DNA from: a phage
Sequence record: PZ166176.1
DNA: 64,000 nucleotides
Reading direction: 5' to 3' (one strand)
The position numbers and the translations under genes were made by a program. Shown one piece after another: positions 15,025 through 24,488 of the stretch. How positions within the stretch are numbered: position 1 is the first letter of the stretch; each line of letters starts with the position of its first letter. The notes below the pieces were generated by a model. It was not told the DNA's origin, did no database searches, and saw nothing but the letters and a program-made list of their open reading frames with translations.

Positions 15025-15655
15025 TATTTACCAACAAATAGAAGCATACGAAAATGCCATCTACTTAAATATAGGTGGCTTCCTTCAAGAATTAGTGGGG
15101 TTGCCAGTCTATGTTATGGATAAGCCATTCATTAAACCGGATACTCCTTACCTAGCACTACGTATTATCACTTCCAGCGATTCTGGAGGTTGGTCTTACC
15201 GAAGCTCTATTCAAAATGATATGTATTCCTACGAGATGGATAATACCTACGAGATTGAACTTGTAGCCTATCGTGGAAGACCTACCACTTTGATGAGCTA
15301 TGTTCTGGCTGCTCTCCGTGGTGCAGAGGAATTAAAATACAAACATCTCTATTCTAAAGGTCTTGGTTTTTTAGGAGCCTCCAATATAGCTCAAGCCAAT
15401 ACAATTGTAGACGGAGATAAGACTGAATTAAGAGCGCGTATGGTTATGACGTTCAACACTCGTATGAGTATTGAAGATATTGCTACTACACCAATAGAAG
15501 CAATCAACATGCACATCCGTTCATTCAGAGATAGTTACAATGATCCTATCCCTTTAGATTTAATTCTAAACAGGATTTATGCAATTACTTTGGTTCCAGG
15601 CGAATACTCGTCAGTCAATCAAAATGGATCATTATTTAACAACCCTACCGAATAA
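14996..15655 (+). CDS. hypothetical tail-associated protein (219 aa)
   Basis: ORF; GAAGGAGG RBS suggests the in-frame TTG at 15017 may be the true start. Confidence 0.45.
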   Translation: MEQKEETLANIYQQIEAYENAIYLNIGGFLQELVGLPVYVMDKPFIKPDTPYLALRIITSSDSGGWSYRSSIQNDMYSYEMDNTYEIELVAYRGRPTTLMSYVLAALRGAEELKYKHLYSKGLGFLGASNIAQANTIVDGDKTELRARMVMTFNTRMSIEDIATTPIEAINMHIRSFRDSYNDPIPLDLILNRIYAITLVPGEYSSVNQNGSLFNNPTE

Positions 15656-15689
15656 ACTCATTGGAATTAAGTTTCTAACAGGAGCATAA

Positions 15690-17063
15690 ATGGCAACTTT
15701 TCGTGAAAAGGTAGCAACCGTAACTTTACTGTATGGTGCTACATCAATTCGTGAAACCCAGTTCGATATTCCCCTGATCCTTACAGGTCAGAACGTAACT
15801 GGCGAAGCGATTCAATATTACTCTTCTTCCGATGCACTTTTGGAAGCAGGTTATGGATTAAATGATCCAGCGTATATTATGGCAGTCAAACTGTTTAACG
15901 GTTTGTTCCCACCAGATCAAGTTATGGTTGGTAAGCGTGAAGTTACAAACTTTACTCTAACTCCAATCGTAGAAGATAGTGCAACTTACACAATTACCAT
16001 CAAAAATGGTACCAAGAAAAAAGAATTTAAATTCATTGCTGATGACACTGCAACTGCACAAGAGATTGTAGTTGGTCTGACTGAAATGATCAATGCAGAT
16101 CTCGTTTATGGCCCACTGTTTACAGTAGCTAACAACGGCGCCGCAATGACTTTCACTCCAGTAGAAGGTAAGTTTGGTTCTATTGACAGCACAGGTTTCA
16201 CTCAAGAAACTGTCTATGCTAATGCTATTACGGAAGATATTGCTGCTCTGCATGATATTGATAGTAGCTGGTTCTGGACCCTTTCAGATTCCCATGAAAC
16301 AGAAGATGTTCTAGCTTTGGCTGCATGGGTAGAAGAGAATGATAAAGTTTACTTCTTCTCTAGCTCTGAACCTGGAATTAAAACGAAAGCAGAAGATAAC
16401 GTTCTGGAACGACTGAATGACCTCGGTTATAATAACACTTGCTTTGCTTTGTGGATGACCGATGCAGATTCTGTATTCCCAGAAGCAGCAGTTGTTGGTG
16501 CAATCTGTTCTCGTCAACCTGGTTTAACTACTCTTCACGGTAAAACACTGGTAGGCGTAGAGATCGAGAAACTGGATCAGACTTCGGAAAATAATATTGT
16601 TCAACAGAACGGTAACATCTATCGTAAAGAGCATGGAACTCTGTTCTATCGTGATGGATTGATGGTTAGCGGTTTCTTTGTTGATTATGTTGTTCATGCT
16701 TTGTGGTTTAAAGCTCGCACAGAAGAATCACTGTTTACACTGTTTAAACAACAGTCTATGCTGGGTGGCGGTGTTCGTGCTACTTCAAACGGTCTGGCTT
16801 TGATTCGACAAGCTGTTCTGGCTAACCCGATCCAAGTAGGTATCCTCAACGGTTCCATCGCTAATGAAGTTGTTACTTCTGAAGAGACTGGTTTGCGTGT
16901 CGATCTGAAACCTATTGTTTATATTCCTTCTCGTGCCGATATGACTGATGCGCAAATCAATGCTCGTCTGGTCGATGGGATGAAGATTGAATATGTTTAC
17001 GCTGGCTTCTTCCATTACGTTAAAGTTCAGGTCAACGTCCTGACTAACCGTACTGCAAACTAA
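15690..17063 (+). CDS. putative tail sheath protein (457 aa)
   Basis: Large gene followed by a 159-aa gene, two chaperone ORFs and the tape measure; high-expression codon usage; called by synteny only. Confidence 0.5.
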   Translation: MATFREKVATVTLLYGATSIRETQFDIPLILTGQNVTGEAIQYYSSSDALLEAGYGLNDPAYIMAVKLFNGLFPPDQVMVGKREVTNFTLTPIVEDSATYTITIKNGTKKKEFKFIADDTATAQEIVVGLTEMINADLVYGPLFTVANNGAAMTFTPVEGKFGSIDSTGFTQETVYANAITEDIAALHDIDSSWFWTLSDSHETEDVLALAAWVEENDKVYFFSSSEPGIKTKAEDNVLERLNDLGYNNTCFALWMTDADSVFPEAAVVGAICSRQPGLTTLHGKTLVGVEIEKLDQTSENNIVQQNGNIYRKEHGTLFYRDGLMVSGFFVDYVVHALWFKARTEESLFTLFKQQSMLGGGVRATSNGLALIRQAVLANPIQVGILNGSIANEVVTSEETGLRVDLKPIVYIPSRADMTDAQINARLVDGMKIEYVYAGFFHYVKVQVNVLTNRTAN

Positions 17064-17065
17064 TA

Positions 17066-17090
17066 CGGCGGGGGTTAAGCCCCCGTTATC
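17066..17090 (+). terminator. hairpin CGGGGG-TTAA-GCCCCCG after the sheath gene (weak T-run; attenuator-like)
   Basis: GC-rich stem-loop read directly; only a short U tract follows. Confidence 0.4.
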
Positions 17091-17109
17091 AAAATAAAGA
17101 GGATCTATA

Positions 17110-17589
17110 ATGGATAAAATGCTTACTGGCGTAATGGCCTACGACCCATCTCAAGTTATCCTTTCATTAGGTGGTTGGGAACCGTGGGGTTTTGCGGCTG
17201 ATACTAAAATCGTTATTGCTAAATCTAACGATATTATCAACCCTTATTCAGGGACTGATGGCGACGTTTCTCTAGCTTTGAGTCGTAACCGTTTGGGAAC
17301 ACTCACAATGTCTTTGCAACGCACATCTCCAGCTAACGAAGTACTTGCAACATATGCACAAACAATGTATTCTACTCGTCAAGTAGCGTTCAGTGTTTAC
17401 TTGGAAGACCCACGTGGCTATTACATTAGCACGATTGGATGGATTCAAAGTCAGCCTGAAGATACTATTGGTGAAATGATTACAGAGAACCAATGGGTTA
17501 TTGGTCTTAAAGATGCAAGCCTTCTGCGTAATGAAGTTGGTGTAGGTTTGAGCACCCTTAACTCAATCTCTGCTCTGACAATTCAATAA
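17110..17589 (+). CDS. putative tail tube protein (159 aa)
   Basis: Position after the sheath gene, size, strong terminator downstream; called by synteny. Confidence 0.5.
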   Translation: MDKMLTGVMAYDPSQVILSLGGWEPWGFAADTKIVIAKSNDIINPYSGTDGDVSLALSRNRLGTLTMSLQRTSPANEVLATYAQTMYSTRQVAFSVYLEDPRGYYISTIGWIQSQPEDTIGEMITENQWVIGLKDASLLRNEVGVGLSTLNSISALTIQ

Positions 17590-17594
17590 TAAAT

Positions 17595-17616
17595 AAAGGG
17601 CAGAAATGCCCTTTTT
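17595..17616 (+). terminator. rho-independent terminator after the tube gene
   Basis: Hairpin AAAGGGCA-GAAA-TGCCCTTT followed by TTTTT. Confidence 0.75.
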
Positions 17617-17634
17617 ATCATTAGAGAGGAAAAT

Positions 17635-18117
17635 ATGTCACAAGAACAAGATAACACAATTCAAAAATATGCTCGACCAGAAGAAGTAGTTGAGATTCCG
17701 TTAGATGGAAACAGATCTGTTACTTTCCGTATTATGAAGTGGAGTCCATCTAAAGTGTTTGACAGGATTCCAGAATTGGGTAGTGTTCTGGTTGTTCCTA
17801 TGACTATGTATAGCACAGCAACAATGTCCGCAGACGAAGACCTTGAGTCACGTATTGCTATGGCACTGATCCAACTTTTTTCAGGTTTGGAAGAAAAGAA
17901 TTTAACTGTCTTTTTGCGTAAAATTTTAGATGAGGTTTATACCCAAGACGGTTATAACGTTGCAGAAAATTTTGATGAATTATTTATGGCTCACCCAGAA
18001 CTAGTGTTAGATCTTACTGCTAAAGTTCTGGAGGTAAACTACGGCCCTTTTTTCAAACGAGGTTTCGGAAAACTGTTCACACAGCTTCAGGCGATGACGA
18101 GTTTAGCAGCAAATTAA
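17635..18117 (+). CDS. tail assembly chaperone (G-like, 160 aa)
   Basis: Located directly before the tape measure gene; contains a slippery heptamer near its 3' end and an overlapping -1 frame ORF. Confidence 0.5.
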   Translation: MSQEQDNTIQKYARPEEVVEIPLDGNRSVTFRIMKWSPSKVFDRIPELGSVLVVPMTMYSTATMSADEDLESRIAMALIQLFSGLEEKNLTVFLRKILDEVYTQDGYNVAENFDELFMAHPELVLDLTAKVLEVNYGPFFKRGFGKLFTQLQAMTSLAAN

Positions 18118-18383
18118 CACCTGCGATTGAACATGCTATCGACACAGCAACGAAAACCCTTACTTTGAAGTGGTATGAGGTTATTCTTTGCAAAGTCGTT
18201 AAAGATACCTCGGAAACACTGAAAACATTAGATAACTACGGTGTAGATTATCTTTTAAAACTATATGAGTATTTAACATACGAAGAGTATGTTGAAGCCA
18301 TGTATGTTAAAGACACTTCAATAAAGAGAAAACATCAAAACCAGACAAATAAAATGTCAGATTTGTTTAAGAAACTTGTTTAA
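18048..18383 (+). CDS. -1 frameshift extension of the tail assembly chaperone (GT-like fusion product)
   Basis: Heptamer T TTT TTC at 18048-18054 in the zero frame of 17635-18117; the -1 frame is open from 18024 to 18383 (track ORF 18165-18383 is in this frame). Confidence 0.45.
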   Translation, partial: FFQTRFRKTVHTASGDDEFSSKLTPAIEHAIDTATKTLTLKWYEVILCKVVKDTSETLKTLDNYGVDYLLKLYEYLTYEEYVEAMYVKDTSIKRKHQNQTNKMSDLFKKLV

Positions 18384-18403
18384 TCCAACACGAGGAACAT
18401 ACT

Positions 18404-20392
18404 TTGTTAGAAATTAACGCCTCCAAAATTAGTAACGTGGTTACGTTTAAGGTGGACAAGAACAGTCTCAAGGAAGCAAAAGATGCCGTGTTGAGTGTTC
18501 AGAAGTTTGCAAATAAAATGCAACCCACTATGAACATGACCAAGTTTAGACAACAAATGAAAGAGATTGAGCGTGAACTTAAGAAAGCTCAAACTCAAAG
18601 TCAAAAGCCTATGCGAGCACCTACTCCCGCTGGAGCGGGTGCTCCTGTAGGTGGTTCTGGTAGACCTAGAACTCCTAAAACGCCGCAAGGAAGAGAAGAA
18701 GAAAAAGCTCGTAAAGCTGCTGAACGCGAAGCTAAAGCAGCAGCACGTAGGGAAGACTTAGGTAATCTTCGTTTGCAGAACTTTAACTACCGAGCAAGAG
18801 CATTTAGTAAAGCAAGCCCTGGTGCTATGCAAGAAGCTAGAGACGTTATGGGTAAAGCCGTAGAGCAATACAAAAAGGGTGAAATAACTCTTCAACGTAT
18901 GAACCAAGCTCTTGCTCACCAGTTAGATGCTTTACGCAGATCTCATCGTGAAAAGAATGCTGAAATAGAAGACGAGGTTCGAGGTCGTCGCCGTATTCGT
19001 AGAGAGCTAGAAGCAGAAGCTAAAATGCGTATACGTATGCGAAATCGTGAACTTAGAGATATAGAACGCAACCGTAAGCGTGAATTAGCTCAACAGAAAC
19101 GTGATCGTGATCGTCGATATGGACAATTAAAAGAAGGTGCAGCAGGTCTTAATCCACGCATGATTGCATCCTCTTTGATTGGTGCTGGGCTGTTTGCAGG
19201 TGGTTCTGTAGTTGGTAACACGTTGATGAATACTAACGAAAGAATTAAACTTGTAAGCCGTGGTGCTGAAAACGTTCAGACAAACGCCAACGCTATTTTG
19301 GCAATGACAGCTTGGGGTGAACAGAACGGTGTAGACTCTGCAAATATTATTAAATCAATAGATAATATTAAAGACGTTCGTGAACGTCTTGGTAATACAG
19401 TTTTAGCTGCAAAGTGGAATGAGAAAGAAGGGAAGTGGAAAGGCGGTGATAATGGCATAACTGACATTATGAACTTGTTTGGATGGAATCCAGAACAGCT
19501 TAAACCTTTACAGAACGATCCTTTAGCTTTTATTCAGGCTACTGTTAATGAAGGTGAGCGTCGAGGTATGAACTCTGCTCAAATCGGGCGACTTCTTGAA
19601 AACCTTGGTGATGACCTTATGCACTACCAACGTATGTTTAGTAAAAACGGCGAAGGGTATAATGAAGTATTGAAGATGCTTCAAAGAACAGGTGCAACAT
19701 TAACTCAAGAACAAATAGATGCTTCTAAAGAGTTTACTCGTTTTGCTGCAACAGTTCAGCTTGTAGGTCAAGGTATGCAGAACCATTTCTTAGAAGGTTT
19801 TGTAAAAGCTTTACCTAAAGATGATTCTTGGTTGGATAACGTTAAAGTGCTAGATCAGTTCGCCAAAGATTTAGGTGAAGAACTCGGTAAGACAACAGTT
19901 CAATTAGGAGGTTTTGCTAAAGAATTGGGAGATGGTTTCGGATCTTTTACCAATTGGCTTAAAGAAACATTCCCAGATACATTCGGAGACAACACAGATC
20001 CTAATAAATCTATAGCACAAAAAGCATACGAGGCAACGCAAAGTGGAGACAGCAATCCTGTAGCAGATTGGTTGTACAATTTAACAGGTATTGATACACA
20101 AGATATTGGTCGTATGTGGAGAGGAGAACAAACAAGAACACGTGCTTTTGGATTTGGTAATCCTCTTGAAGATTTACGTGAATCAGCCTATACACCTAAC
20201 GTAAGTTTGGCTCGTAATCAACCTGTTGTTGAGAATACGGTAGCAATACCAAGTGATCTTATCAAAGTTACGATCAGCCCTTCTTCAGAGTTTGGAAATA
20301 TTCTTGATGCAAGAATTCAAAATAGCGGAAATAGCATTTTCCAACGTTTGTCTCTTTCAACTCTAAGTGGACAATCTAACACTGGTGGTTAA
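18404..20392 (+). CDS. tail tape measure protein (662 aa)
   Basis: TTG start after GAGGAACA; Arg/Lys/Glu-rich coiled-coil middle region; position after the chaperone pair. Confidence 0.65.
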   Translation: MLEINASKISNVVTFKVDKNSLKEAKDAVLSVQKFANKMQPTMNMTKFRQQMKEIERELKKAQTQSQKPMRAPTPAGAGAPVGGSGRPRTPKTPQGREEEKARKAAEREAKAAARREDLGNLRLQNFNYRARAFSKASPGAMQEARDVMGKAVEQYKKGEITLQRMNQALAHQLDALRRSHREKNAEIEDEVRGRRRIRRELEAEAKMRIRMRNRELRDIERNRKRELAQQKRDRDRRYGQLKEGAAGLNPRMIASSLIGAGLFAGGSVVGNTLMNTNERIKLVSRGAENVQTNANAILAMTAWGEQNGVDSANIIKSIDNIKDVRERLGNTVLAAKWNEKEGKWKGGDNGITDIMNLFGWNPEQLKPLQNDPLAFIQATVNEGERRGMNSAQIGRLLENLGDDLMHYQRMFSKNGEGYNEVLKMLQRTGATLTQEQIDASKEFTRFAATVQLVGQGMQNHFLEGFVKALPKDDSWLDNVKVLDQFAKDLGEELGKTTVQLGGFAKELGDGFGSFTNWLKETFPDTFGDNTDPNKSIAQKAYEATQSGDSNPVADWLYNLTGIDTQDIGRMWRGEQTRTRAFGFGNPLEDLRESAYTPNVSLARNQPVVENTVAIPSDLIKVTISPSSEFGNILDARIQNSGNSIFQRLSLSTLSGQSNTGG

Positions 20393-20399
20393 TAAAATA

Positions 20400-20422
20400 C
20401 CTCGCTTCGGCGGGGTTTTTTC
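20400..20422 (+). terminator. rho-independent terminator (CCTCGC-TTCG-GCGGGG plus TTTTTT)
   Basis: UUCG tetraloop hairpin followed by a T-run directly after the tape measure stop. Confidence 0.8.
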
Positions 20423-20429
20423 GTTTCCC

Positions 20430-20459
20430 TTGACACGAAGTTTCTATATGTGTTACAAT
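20430..20459 (+). promoter_or_regulatory. sigma70-like promoter (-35 TTGACA, 18-nt spacer, -10 TACAAT) for the baseplate genes
   Basis: Consensus hexamers immediately after the terminator. Confidence 0.55.
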
Positions 20460-20518
20460 AATCAATATGGGAAGATCTTGCATCTTCCTTTTGGCATTAT
20501 CATTACTACGAGGTTATC

Positions 20519-21220
20519 ATGGCAGCAATGACTCCACAACAGTCGGTGAGAGCCGTCTATAAGGCAGAACAGGAAATCAACTCTACCGAGAATAAAAATA
20601 CCTCGGCATCTACTGTAAAAGGTGATAATGGTTTCTGCATTTTAGCAAGTGTTTATAATAGTTCAAGTGATCAATACATTCAAAACTTTAAAGCAATTAC
20701 TTTCGATTCAGTCCCTGAAATAGGTGTAACTCGTGAGGCAGATGTTACAAGTTTTCCAGTAGAATCAGGATCAGATGTAAGTGACCACGTTCAAATAAAA
20801 AACAACAGATTTAAACTTTCAGGTATAATTACCGAAACACCAATTCGGCTTATGCGAGATCAATTATACAGTGCAGGTGTAAATGGAGCAAGGATTTCTC
20901 AAGCAATAGAATACCTAGATCAAATATTTGAGTCAAGACAACCAATAGTTCTTTTGACAGAACATAGAACTTTTGAAAATGTTATTCTCAAAGGTTATTC
21001 CTATGATTATAAATCTGAATTTGCTATGCAATTTGATTTAGAGTTTGAACAAATCCGTCTTGTTTCTAAGGCCACTACTAACGCTATTGCTGTAAAAACA
21101 GCACCAAATAAGTCAACTGGTGGTGATGTGAAAGGTCAAGTTGCTTCGAATGGTCCTAAGTCAGATATTACAGTAAGAACTGCTGAAGCTACTAATACCC
21201 CAACAAACAACGGAGGTTAA
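20519..21220 (+). CDS. tail / baseplate structural protein (233 aa)
   Basis: ORF in the post-tape-measure baseplate block. Confidence 0.45.
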   Translation: MAAMTPQQSVRAVYKAEQEINSTENKNTSASTVKGDNGFCILASVYNSSSDQYIQNFKAITFDSVPEIGVTREADVTSFPVESGSDVSDHVQIKNNRFKLSGIITETPIRLMRDQLYSAGVNGARISQAIEYLDQIFESRQPIVLLTEHRTFENVILKGYSYDYKSEFAMQFDLEFEQIRLVSKATTNAIAVKTAPNKSTGGDVKGQVASNGPKSDITVRTAEATNTPTNNGG

Positions 21221-21222
21221 TA

Positions 21223-21636
21223 GTGACAACTTATTCTAAAACAACAAGGTCTACAAGTAATACAGGCTACAGTGCAGTTTATCTGGAGGACCATTCTACT
21301 TATTTTGCATGGTATCTGAAAACTGAAGAGTACCCTGATCAAACATATACAGTTACATTGGATGGAGTTGATTATGACATTCGTTTAAGGTGGAACACTA
21401 GGGACGAGTCTTGGCAATGTCAGATGGGATTATCTGGAGATGATCCAAGTATAAGTTTCAAAGTTACAAATGGTTTAGATCTTCTTAAACCTTATAAATA
21501 TCTTGAAAGTGTTCCAGATGGTCAATTGTATATAGTAGATACAGTTAAGATTAATGGTCGTCCTGGGTATACAACTACAGGTCGAGATAAACGTTTTGTA
21601 TTGGTTTATATTGATAACAAACCTAATCAGGCGTAA
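21223..21636 (+). CDS. tail / baseplate structural protein (137 aa)
   Basis: ORF tightly packed with its neighbours. Confidence 0.45.
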   Translation: MTTYSKTTRSTSNTGYSAVYLEDHSTYFAWYLKTEEYPDQTYTVTLDGVDYDIRLRWNTRDESWQCQMGLSGDDPSISFKVTNGLDLLKPYKYLESVPDGQLYIVDTVKINGRPGYTTTGRDKRFVLVYIDNKPNQA

Positions 21637-21645
21637 GGAGATAAT

Positions 21646-22656
21646 ATGGCAGAAAGAGAGTATACAAAAGCTCCTGCCCCTAATTTAAACAGGGCATACA
21701 AATTATTAATTGGTTCTGCCACAAACACAATACAGAAGAGAACTAAGAACTCGGCATTTAAATCTACAGTAGATTTGGATACCAAGTTAGGGACAACAGA
21801 AAAATCCTCTTCTAATTTGTATTTGTTGCAAGACCATCAAATAACCTTCAGCATTAAGAAAGATAATAACAAAGATCCTAACCAAGCAGAGATTGTAGTT
21901 TATAACCTTTCGGATGATACTGTTAATTATATAAACCGTGGTATCCGAAATAACTTGGCTGTTGCTTTAGCGGTAGGATACGAAGGTGAAGAGTTGGTTA
22001 TGATCTTCAAAGGAACTATCCAATGGGTTAGTGATACTTTTGACTCGGTAGACAGGAAAACCACTTTACACTGTTTGGATGGCGGTATTAACATTGCAGA
22101 AGCAAGAACAAGCCGCAGTTATCCAAAAGGAACTAAAATCAAACGTGTTGTGACAGATTTGGTAAAGGATTTAGGAACTACAGAAGGTAATATACACGTA
22201 GATAATGATCAAACCTTATCTTCAGCAACAGCTATGTGTGGAAACACTTCACATTACCTAGAACATATTTGTAAAAGTATTGATCACAATGTGTCAATAC
22301 AAGATGGATCTGTTTATGTTACTCCTCGTTCACAAATGTCTAGTGCACGTAGCGCCTATATTAGCCCTGAAACTGGTCTGATAGGAAGTCCAGAACCATT
22401 CCACAACGATATAAAACCTACTAAAAAAGTTACCAAGTCCTCTAAGAAGGCAAAGAAACCTACAGATGGTGTTAAATTCAAATGCCAAATGAATGGTGCA
22501 ATATTACCAGAAAAAACAATCTGGTTAAAAAGCCGAGATTATGACGGTCCATTTAAAGTTGTTTCTGTTTCTCACAATGGTGATAAAGAGGGTAAAGAGT
22601 GGGTTACTGAAGTGGAGTGTGTATCCGTGTCTGAAATAATGACTAAGGAGAAATAA
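21646..22656 (+). CDS. putative baseplate hub protein (336 aa)
   Basis: Position after the tape measure; function not verifiable by motif. Confidence 0.4.
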   Translation: MAEREYTKAPAPNLNRAYKLLIGSATNTIQKRTKNSAFKSTVDLDTKLGTTEKSSSNLYLLQDHQITFSIKKDNNKDPNQAEIVVYNLSDDTVNYINRGIRNNLAVALAVGYEGEELVMIFKGTIQWVSDTFDSVDRKTTLHCLDGGINIAEARTSRSYPKGTKIKRVVTDLVKDLGTTEGNIHVDNDQTLSSATAMCGNTSHYLEHICKSIDHNVSIQDGSVYVTPRSQMSSARSAYISPETGLIGSPEPFHNDIKPTKKVTKSSKKAKKPTDGVKFKCQMNGAILPEKTIWLKSRDYDGPFKVVSVSHNGDKEGKEWVTEVECVSVSEIMTKEK

Positions 22657-23390
22657 TGGATGCATTGAATTTTGTCACAGCAATGCGTGGCTTAATGACA
22701 GAACAATTAGCAGAAGTCCATACAGCCTTGCCAGTCCGTGTGACTGGTGTTAATTATGGTGCTAAAACTGTCACTTTAGAATCTATTGTTAAAAACACAC
22801 GATCTAGTGAAGATGAAATAGATTATCCAACTTTCGAAGATGTTCCTTTCATGGTTAATGGTGGTGGGACAGGAAGAATCTCATTCCCTATTAAAGCTGG
22901 CGATTTAGGAACTGTTATATTTTCTGAAAGAGATCCTTCTAATGCACTGCAAACTAGTGGGGAAACCTCTTCATCATCCACTTTTATGCAGCCTTGTGGA
23001 TTATACCCTATTTGTTTTATTCCCAAAATAGCTACAGGAACAGATTCAACAGAAGCTGTAGATTCTGAAAAGGTAGTTATTTCTAATAACAAAAACACGT
23101 ACGCTTCTTTCGACCCTACAGGTAATATTTCAATATGGAATAGTCAAGGGATGAAAATAGATATTACTACCTCCGGTATTACTATTACAGATGGCACAGG
23201 AACTTTGGATCTAAAAGGTGGTAATTTAACTTTCAAAGGCGGCGTGGCAGATATCAATGGTCTTAAAATAGACCAGAACGGTTTGATGACAGATGGTAAT
23301 GGCATCGGATTCCATACTCACACGCACACGGTTCGTAACATTCAGAGCGGTAACTCAAGTGCCGAGTCCTTAAAACCAACAGGAGCCTAA
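22656..23390 (+). CDS. putative baseplate central spike protein (244 aa)
   Basis: Position immediately upstream of the baseplate wedge-like gene; start overlaps the previous stop. Confidence 0.35.
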   Translation: MDALNFVTAMRGLMTEQLAEVHTALPVRVTGVNYGAKTVTLESIVKNTRSSEDEIDYPTFEDVPFMVNGGGTGRISFPIKAGDLGTVIFSERDPSNALQTSGETSSSSTFMQPCGLYPICFIPKIATGTDSTEAVDSEKVVISNNKNTYASFDPTGNISIWNSQGMKIDITTSGITITDGTGTLDLKGGNLTFKGGVADINGLKIDQNGLMTDGNGIGFHTHTHTVRNIQSGNSSAESLKPTGA

Positions 23391-23391
23391 C

Positions 23392-24015
23392 ATGGGAATC
23401 CCTTTTGACTTAAAGCTTGGACCAAACAACGACCTCATCATGGACGATGGGGATTTGGTCCTCACCACAACCAGAACAGAAATTGCAGCACAAACTCTTG
23501 GGATAACTCTGAACACGTATCGTGGAGAGTGGTTTTTAAATACTAACTTCGGTGTTCCTTACTTACAAGAGATTATTGGTGTTGCTAGAAAGAAAGATAT
23601 TGTAGACAGAATATTTTTAGCGGAGATTGCCAAAAACGTTTACATAGATACAATAAACAGTTATAAATCTGCTTACGACATGGACCAACGTTATTACTCA
23701 ATGACAGTTATGGTGACAGTTGGAGCAGATACAGTAACATCCATATTCAATACTCAACCTTCTGAAGAGTTTATTTACCCTGAAGCTGGTGAAGACAATG
23801 CAGCGATCATTTGTGAAGCTTACAGTATTGTTGAGAATTCGAATAGACTTTATCGCTTTATCAACTTTGTTGGTTTGCCACGTGATACCTACTCTACTTG
23901 GTGGAATGAATGGTCTACAGAGTCAGCAGGGGAAAGAATCATGGTTAACGAAAAAGGTGATGCATTAGCTACAAACAATAATTTCGGTATAACAGCTATG
24001 ACAGGAGTAGAATAA
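23392..24015 (+). CDS. putative baseplate wedge protein (gp25 / GPW-like)
   Basis: N-terminal region MGIPFDLKLGPNNDLIMDDGDLVL resembles the gp25-like baseplate wedge family; position fits. Confidence 0.4.
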   Translation: MGIPFDLKLGPNNDLIMDDGDLVLTTTRTEIAAQTLGITLNTYRGEWFLNTNFGVPYLQEIIGVARKKDIVDRIFLAEIAKNVYIDTINSYKSAYDMDQRYYSMTVMVTVGADTVTSIFNTQPSEEFIYPEAGEDNAAIICEAYSIVENSNRLYRFINFVGLPRDTYSTWWNEWSTESAGERIMVNEKGDALATNNNFGITAMTGVE

Positions 24016-24488
24016 TGGCAGATTTAACTACGATCAAAGTTTCTGATCTTACACAAACAACCTCTGTATCTGATACAGATTTCTTTGTAACAGATCAGGC
24101 TGGAATAACAAAGAAGACTTCTTTGAAAGTGCTGTTGAGTGGTGCAGGGGTAACTAGAAACCGTTTAAATGCACGTGGAACAGTAACTAGCACCTTGGCA
24201 TTAGATATTAGTTCAGCAGAATATTTTTCGGCAACTTTATCTTCTGCAACATGCACAATTAGTTTTACTAATATTCCAGTAGCAACGAATGCAGTTTTAA
24301 ACTTTACTTTAGCTTTGCGTCAAGGAAGTGGCGCAAATAAAGTCGTATGGCCTTCTTCTGTAAAATGGAGTTTTGGTCGTTCCCCAGTTTTGAGTTATCG
24401 TCAAGGTGCAACAGACACTTTTGAGTTTATCAGTTATGATAATGGTGCAACTTGGACAGGTAGCTTAGTTTTAGCAGGAGTTATTTAA
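24015..24488 (+). CDS. baseplate-associated hypothetical protein (157 aa)
   Basis: ORF; ATGGCAG start overlaps the previous stop. Confidence 0.45.
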   Translation: MADLTTIKVSDLTQTTSVSDTDFFVTDQAGITKKTSLKVLLSGAGVTRNRLNARGTVTSTLALDISSAEYFSATLSSATCTISFTNIPVATNAVLNFTLALRQGSGANKVVWPSSVKWSFGRSPVLSYRQGATDTFEFISYDNGATWTGSLVLAGVI

